A stretch of 64,000 nt of DNA. Origin: a virus. The position numbers were made by a program, and so were the translations under genes. Under the pieces are notes generated by a model. The model was not told the origin of the DNA. It made no database searches and saw only the letters and a list, made by a program, of their open reading frames with translations. Of this stretch, positions 58,098-64,000 are shown one piece after another (position 1 is the first letter of the stretch; every line of letters begins with the position of its first letter). The stretch spans positions 4,604-68,603 of the IMG/VR virus record IMGVR_UViG_3300043775_002552. One strand, 5' to 3'.

Positions 58098-59006
58098 ATG
58101 GCTTTAGGAACTTACGGAATAAATAGACCTGCAGACGTATCACCACAAGATGTTGAGATACTTTTACATTACACCCCATCAAGGGACGTGACTAATAATT
58201 TTATTTTAAAAAAATTAGACGCTTCAACCATTTTAACTCCGTATTTTCATAATGACAATACTGGAGGTAATGCAAACGTTGAAATATTAGGTGGTCTTTA
58301 CAACTTAAAACTCCCATCATCAGAATTTAATAATTTGGGAATATACACTCTTTACATTAGACCTGCGGAAATAAGAACAACTATTCTTGATTGTGGGGTT
58401 TTGTCTGCACTTCCAAATGTTAAAGGTATTGTAATAGATATAAATCAAGTACCATCACAATATCGTAATAAATTTATAAATCAAGGCCTTGTAGGATTCA
58501 GAGTTGAATATTTAAATGCTGATGGAACAAAAATACCTAATTTTTATAGAATAATTACCTCGTCTTTTTATTGCGAGCCGGTACTTACAAATCAAACAAA
58601 TACATCACAAAAGGCGATTAGATATCGTTATGTTAATTCAGGGTCGGATTTAATATTTTGCACACTTTCACCATCCGCATCCCCAACAAACAAACCAAAC
58701 GCATTACCATTTATTGGGCAACCTGATCAAAGTATTATTATTACAAATACCTTTTTCAATCCAATTACGATAGACATTCAAATGGCAGAACACGACATTG
58801 ATACATTAGCGATTGCCCTTTATGGTAATCAAACTAAAAGTATCGACGATGGTATTTATACACTTTACGATAGTTCGGGTAATATCTATAAACAATACAA
58901 CTTGTTTGAAATTAGAGATAACTTTAATGAGTTACTTTATGAGGTTAGACAAGATAGAGGTTCTTCTATCGACTTCAGTAAGAACTTTACAAATATTATT
59001 AGTTAA
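58098..59006 (+). CDS. Putative baseplate/structural protein
   Basis: Clean ORF between structural genes. Confidence 0.55.
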   Translation: MALGTYGINRPADVSPQDVEILLHYTPSRDVTNNFILKKLDASTILTPYFHNDNTGGNANVEILGGLYNLKLPSSEFNNLGIYTLYIRPAEIRTTILDCGVLSALPNVKGIVIDINQVPSQYRNKFINQGLVGFRVEYLNADGTKIPNFYRIITSSFYCEPVLTNQTNTSQKAIRYRYVNSGSDLIFCTLSPSASPTNKPNALPFIGQPDQSIIITNTFFNPITIDIQMAEHDIDTLAIALYGNQTKSIDDGIYTLYDSSGNIYKQYNLFEIRDNFNELLYEVRQDRGSSIDFSKNFTNIIS

Positions 59007-61978
59007 TGGCTAGAAAGAAGTTTTTTTATCCACCTGTACCTCCTGTAGGATCACAAACGTTTTCTGATAATTTAGTCGGTCTTCAGTTAGTGCAAGGTGG
59101 GGGGTTAACTCTCGGTACTTTTGAGTTTACAAGTGCGATATTTGAAAAAAGTAATCGTAATTTCGATACGGGAATATTTTCACAACCGTATAATTTAACA
59201 AATCTTGACATAAGTAGTGTTGAAGAGAGTAAGTTATTAGTTCAAAAGAACTTTCAGGTTTATCCTAATTTTGACATTTCACAAATTACAAGTTTTTCAC
59301 TTTATGGGTCTTTACAAAAAAGGTTAGAGGTTTCAATAACAAAATCCATTAATTATTTTCCGGCGGCTATTATAGCTAAAAAAAATATAGGTACTGGCTA
59401 TAGTGCAATAACAGCGAATAATATTATATACGATCAAATTGGAGATGAAACCACGTTTGAAATTGATGTAAAATATTTAACAAATCCATTTGATATTGAT
59501 TATAGTGTAAACGCGACTAGTAATTTGGTTCAAAGCCCAATGTCTATTAGTGAATTTAGAAATTTAACAAAAGAGTTTAAAAAATATGCAATTTATATTG
59601 GTAGTACGGATAATGAAGAATACAATCTTACAGATTTTACAGCATCCCCAAGTTTAACTGGAGGTACTATAACAATAACTGTACAAGGTAAACCTTTTTC
59701 AGGGTTAACATCATTTACTGAAACAATTATAATCAAACCAAACAATATTACAACTGAAAAAATATTTAGTGATAGTTTCGATGAGGTTGAAGATTTTTTA
59801 CTAAATAGAAATGTCAGTCCTAAATATACTGCAACATTTACATATCCTGAATATGATGATGATGGTACATATATTTTAAATTCTAAAAGTGTAACTTGGC
59901 CTTTATCGGATGAATGGAATATAGATATTAGATCGTTAGGTTTTGAAAATTACATTAACGAAGTTAAAACAATTGCGGAGTTACTCGATAGTTATAAAAC
60001 TAATTTAATATCAAGATTTTTAATTACTGGATCCCTAAAAGATTTTGACACACCAGACCAAAAATTAGAAAAAGTATTACAAATATATGGTAGAAGTTTT
60101 GATGAAACTAAAAAATTTATTGATGCGTTAGCGAACATTAATTCAGTTAATTATATAGTTGGAAATGATATTCCGTCACAGTTATTGGTAAATTTGGCAC
60201 AAACCGTCGGATTTGACCCTAATGTTTCACCAATAACTAATGAGGATTTTTTAAATAGTATTTTTACAACATCTAATGAGTCCGACTACGGAGGAATGTC
60301 AAAACCAATGACACCAACCGAGCTTAATTACCAATTTTATAGAAATTTAATTCTTAACTCGGCATATCTATTTAAATCTAAAGGTACAAGAAAATCCATA
60401 GAGTTTGTAATGAGAATGGTTGGTGCGCCTGATGCTCTTATTGAATTTAATGAAAATGTTTATTTAGCGGATGGCCCAATAAACTTTAATGATTTTAGAG
60501 ATCAATATGTTTGTTTATCGGGTAGTACTCTATTATTAGATACGCCGGCATTTGATACTACGAACACATTTACAATACAAGGGATATTATATACTGGATT
60601 TACAACAGTTAACACATTACAGACGGTTACTGCAACATTTGAAGATTTCCCAATTTATGAAGACGGATACCCAAAGGCAGTTGAGGACTCACCTGATTAT
60701 TTTTTCCAAAAAGGGGCTGGGTGGTTTGAACAAACACCTGAACATACATCATTAGAGGTTGTTGATGAAGAAAACTCAATATTTAGTGGGAATACCGTTT
60801 CTTTGGTTACAAAATTTAAGCCATTTACGTATGGTCAAGATTGGCTTGATAGATTTAGAAAGTTTCCATTTATGACAAACGTTGGTTACAATTTAGTTAG
60901 AACGGTGGATAATACTAAATCATGGCCAAAAACCGAAGTCGGAATTAGAAGAAATCAATCACCAAATTCGCCAACATACTATAGAGTGGATGACGACAGG
61001 TTAGTTATAAATGTTAAAAACATTGATCTGTATTTAAATATGGGTCAGGGGATTACTTATGACGTTTGGGAACAATCCGTATTGTATAACTATCCAATAC
61101 CAAATTCCGGATTAACGGCTCCTTACCCAACACCTGGTGATACTGATTGGACTGTCATAAACCCTAAACCCGATCAAAAAACGTTTTTTGAATTTGCTCA
61201 AACATTTTATAATAATTTAATTAACGTTAGAAACAGACAATATATAAGTGACGGTAAAACAGGAGGGTATCCTGCATTACAATCAATTTTTTGGAAGTAC
61301 TTACAAAGCGACGAAGCGATCAATATTCCGACCAATAAATTTACTTATCAAAAAATGATTGATTTTACATTAGCACTTGGTGATTATTGGGTGAGACTTG
61401 TAGAACAATTTGTTCCTGCCACTACTATTTGGAATACGGGTCAAAAAATGGATAATAGTATTTTCCATAGACAAAAGTTTGTTTGGAGAAGACAACGTGG
61501 ATGTGAATTTATACCCGTTAATTGTATTCCTTGTACGTTTAATGGTCAACCATTTGGTTATGATTGTATTGATCAAACGTTAATCTGTAGTTTAGATATT
61601 GGACAGAATTATGGTGCCACTACGTTAAGTGAAGCGTTAAATAATTTGATTAGTGAACAAGGATATATTCAAAATCAGTGTGACTTAAACGGAATGAAAA
61701 GTTATTGGTATATTGATGTAAGACTTGATGATGTGACTCTAATTCAAGAACAATTTTATACTGGTTATGGGAGTGTGGACTATCCGACACAATCAACTAT
61801 TTTTAATTCAATAAACGAAAAACTTGAAGGTTTATATGTTTATGGGTTAAACTATTATTTTGCGGGTAGCTCATTAGTTATTAGTAATAGTAGTTGTTAC
61901 GATGAATTTACAAATAAAAAACTGTATTTAAATATTGGGATTATGATTGATATAAACTGTAATAATGACGGAGAATAA
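59006..61978 (+). CDS. Baseplate wedge protein (T4 gp7 / P2 gpI-like)
   Basis: L...A...G and YRNLILNSAYLFKSKGTRKSIE....G motif. C-terminal L.EQFVPATT. Confidence 0.65.
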   Translation: MARKKFFYPPVPPVGSQTFSDNLVGLQLVQGGGLTLGTFEFTSAIFEKSNRNFDTGIFSQPYNLTNLDISSVEESKLLVQKNFQVYPNFDISQITSFSLYGSLQKRLEVSITKSINYFPAAIIAKKNIGTGYSAITANNIIYDQIGDETTFEIDVKYLTNPFDIDYSVNATSNLVQSPMSISEFRNLTKEFKKYAIYIGSTDNEEYNLTDFTASPSLTGGTITITVQGKPFSGLTSFTETIIIKPNNITTEKIFSDSFDEVEDFLLNRNVSPKYTATFTYPEYDDDGTYILNSKSVTWPLSDEWNIDIRSLGFENYINEVKTIAELLDSYKTNLISRFLITGSLKDFDTPDQKLEKVLQIYGRSFDETKKFIDALANINSVNYIVGNDIPSQLLVNLAQTVGFDPNVSPITNEDFLNSIFTTSNESDYGGMSKPMTPTELNYQFYRNLILNSAYLFKSKGTRKSIEFVMRMVGAPDALIEFNENVYLADGPINFNDFRDQYVCLSGSTLLLDTPAFDTTNTFTIQGILYTGFTTVNTLQTVTATFEDFPIYEDGYPKAVEDSPDYFFQKGAGWFEQTPEHTSLEVVDEENSIFSGNTVSLVTKFKPFTYGQDWLDRFRKFPFMTNVGYNLVRTVDNTKSWPKTEVGIRRNQSPNSPTYYRVDDDRLVINVKNIDLYLNMGQGITYDVWEQSVLYNYPIPNSGLTAPYPTPGDTDWTVINPKPDQKTFFEFAQTFYNNLINVRNRQYISDGKTGGYPALQSIFWKYLQSDEAINIPTNKFTYQKMIDFTLALGDYWVRLVEQFVPATTIWNTGQKMDNSIFHRQKFVWRRQRGCEFIPVNCIPCTFNGQPFGYDCIDQTLICSLDIGQNYGATTLSEALNNLISEQGYIQNQCDLNGMKSYWYIDVRLDDVTLIQEQFYTGYGSVDYPTQSTIFNSINEKLEGLYVYGLNYYFAGSSLVISNSSCYDEFTNKKLYLNIGIMIDINCNNDGE

Positions 61979-64000
61979 TGGCTTGTGTTTCAGGTTTAAC
62001 AAATGGGGTATTTAGTTACGTTGATTGCTGTGGGATATTACAGACCGGAGTATCTTTAGGTCAAAGCATATGTTTAGACGAAGCATTTACTGGTACTTCA
62101 TTTGGTGTTTATATCGCTTCAGGGCAATCTTGTACTCAAAACTGTAACCAGGGTACGTTAAGTTATAGTTTTCAAGTTACGGGTGTTTGTGATACATCTT
62201 ACGGGCAGATAATATTTACACCTTCTGGTGGTATACCTCCATATACGATAGATCCTGTAACACCTACCGGAACTACATTAACTGCACAAACAAGTAGTGG
62301 GGATATCACCTTTACTGGTTTAACAGGTGGGACTTATGTTTTCCGTCTAAATGATTCACAAGGGTTACAAAACAATGAATTATATATTAATACAATAATA
62401 TCAAATTGTTTTGAAGCTAACGTATATGGGGTTTCAGGATCAACTTGTGGTTTAAGTAATGGATATATTAACATAACCGCAACGACAAGCGCGTCTCCAT
62501 ATACTATTATTGTTTATAAAGACGGAGGTGTATTTAATGTATCAACAGAGGCGACATTACCTGTAACATATTCTAATTTACCTTCAGGAATTTATTATGC
62601 GACGGTTTTTGATTATGGGTCAGTGACGGCAAATACTGAAAATTTTGTAATAGATGAAAGTGTTGGGGTTGATTTTGGTTTTTGGAAAGTTAACACATCG
62701 ACTTGTGTTATTGATAAAGGTAAACTTGCGGTAACGGGATTAACGGGTACTGGTCCGTATACTTTTTTATGGAGTAATAATGAAACAACCCAATTAGTTA
62801 CGGGGCTTACACAAGGTACATATAGTGTTACTGTGACGGATGCGTTAGGATGTTCAACCACAAAGTCTGAACTTATTGGAACTGCAGACCCTATAGGTCT
62901 TGGGTTTTTGACTGCAGTTAATCCGTCTTGTTTCTCAAATGATGGGTCTTTAACTTTTACAATAACAGGAGGTACGGTTCCTTTTTATTATTCTGCTTCT
63001 ACCTATGAAGTGGGGTATACATTATCTGATACGTTTACAATATCTAATTTGGCTGGTGGGGCGTACCAAGTATTGGTAAGAGATGCTAATTTTTGTGAAG
63101 TTATTTTAAATGGTACCATAAATACCGTTAATGGTTTTAATGTTGTTGAAATTGCAACTACACAATCATCTTGTAATCAGACTAGTGGAAAGATTGGAGT
63201 AACTATAGAAGGTGCGAACAATTTTTATACGTACGCAATTTCAGGATTAACCACAAATTACACCAATGGAATAACCACTCAAAGTCAAACACATAACTTT
63301 ACTAATTTATCAAACGACACTTATTTATTAGTTATATCAGGATCGGGTACAAATTGTAGTTATAGTGAATTTGTTACAATCGCTTCAGTTGATAAGTTTC
63401 AAGTAAATTATACTGCAACAACCGCAAGTTGTGGGTTAAATAACGGGGTTATTAGTGTTGAGGTAGGGACTGGTTATACGGGAGTATTAGATTATGTTTT
63501 AAGTGACGGACAATCAATTATAGATACGCCATCTACCGCTTACACATTTAGTAATTTAGTTGAGGGTCAATATACGTTAAGTGTTACCGATAATGAAAAC
63601 TGTACGGTATCTAAAGATTTTGAAATAACAACAACAGGGGAATTAGCCTTTATGGTTAATGCTGTTGATTGTACTGGGGTAAATGATGGGTCGGCAAGTG
63701 TTTTAATAAATAAAGGGGAACCTACATTTGCATATGAATGGTCCGACAATGTGCCAGGAAACCCAACAGGGTCTACGGTTACAGGTTTATCGGGGGGTAC
63801 ATATTCGGTAATAGTTACGGATAGTAGTGGGTGTAGTAATAAACAAATATTTGATATATTGTGTGGAAATAGTAATATTGTTTCTTATCAAATTGTCAAT
63901 CTTTGTGTTAATGAGTTTAATACCCAATCAGGAAATAAAAGAGGTTTTTCTGAAATGTTAAATGAAGGGTTTTTAGATTTAACAAATGAATACACAAATT
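61978..64000 (+). CDS. 3'-truncated SprB-like repeat protein (putative tail fibre/adhesin; not in ORF track)
   Basis: ATG overlaps the previous TAA and the frame appears open to the window end. Repeats include SCFSNDGSLTFTITGGTVPFYY and GPYTFLWSNNETTQLVTGLTQGTYSVTVTDALGC. Confidence 0.8.
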   Translation, partial: MACVSGLTNGVFSYVDCCGILQTGVSLGQSICLDEAFTGTSFGVYIASGQSCTQNCNQGTLSYSFQVTGVCDTSYGQIIFTPSGGIPPYTIDPVTPTGTTLTAQTSSGDITFTGLTGGTYVFRLNDSQGLQNNELYINTIISNCFEANVYGVSGSTCGLSNGYINITATTSASPYTIIVYKDGGVFNVSTEATLPVTYSNLPSGIYYATVFDYGSVTANTENFVIDESVGVDFGFWKVNTSTCVIDKGKLAVTGLTGTGPYTFLWSNNETTQLVTGLTQGTYSVTVTDALGCSTTKSELIGTADPIGLGFLTAVNPSCFSNDGSLTFTITGGTVPFYYSASTYEVGYTLSDTFTISNLAGGAYQVLVRDANFCEVILNGTINTVNGFNVVEIATTQSSCNQTSGKIGVTIEGANNFYTYAISGLTTNYTNGITTQSQTHNFTNLSNDTYLLVISGSGTNCSYSEFVTIASVDKFQVNYTATTASCGLNNGVISVEVGTGYTGVLDYVLSDGQSIIDTPSTAYTFSNLVEGQYTLSVTDNENCTVSKDFEITTTGELAFMVNAVDCTGVNDGSASVLINKGEPTFAYEWSDNVPGNPTGSTVTGLSGGTYSVIVTDSSGCSNKQIFDILCGNSNIVSYQIVNLCVNEFNTQSGNKRGFSEMLNEGFLDLTNEYTN

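Noticed and set aside
918-63749. Numerous 60-170 aa ORFs nested in or antisense to long genes (e.g. 918, 6752, 20743, 23332, 38927, 40654, 62613)
   Set aside because: Fully overlapped by well-supported genes and lacking protein-like motifs.
1-64000. Stop-codon reassignment as in some jumbo phages
   Set aside because: Genes up to 6.5 kb are intact in code 11, and TAA, TAG and TGA all terminate genes at sensible positions.
1-64000. tRNA or rRNA genes
   Set aside because: Intergenic gaps are short and AT-rich. No cloverleaf or T-loop consensus seen by eye; tRNAscan would confirm.

Overview
This window is an AT-rich, gene-dense 64-kb segment of a large (probably jumbo) contractile-tailed dsDNA phage with distant T4-like gene content, read in standard code 11. 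It carries neck, tail sheath, tail tube, tape measure and a very large baseplate/fibre region. These are interleaved with replication genes (family B polymerase, SNF2 helicase, gp32-like SSB, RecA/UvsX, 5'-3' exonuclease, DnaB-like helicase, class II RNR) and auxiliary genes (Mn-type SOD, HAD hydrolase, J-domain protein). No capsid, portal, terminase, tRNA, CRISPR array or mobile element was recognised. The host may be Bacteroidota (no obvious Shine-Dalgarno use, SprB-like repeats), but this is inference. Four signals stand out. (1) A glycosyltransferase/sulfotransferase cluster, including a plant GT95/GT96-like peptide O-glycosyltransferase and DUF2827, occurs together with a strongly recurring [S/T]-[G/A]-x-[S/T] motif in virion proteins, which suggests a phage-encoded virion O-glycosylation/sulfation system. 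(2) A TATTTAT(A) element precedes about 17 genes and sits exactly 4 nt before the ATG in six of them, suggesting a late promoter with leaderless mRNAs. (3) A prfB-like TTT-TGA +1 frameshift candidate joins two tail/baseplate chaperone ORFs just before the tape measure gene. (4) SOD and HAD enzymes carry N-terminal I/L-x-E leaders suggestive of head packaging. All family assignments come from by-eye motif recognition; no searches were run.
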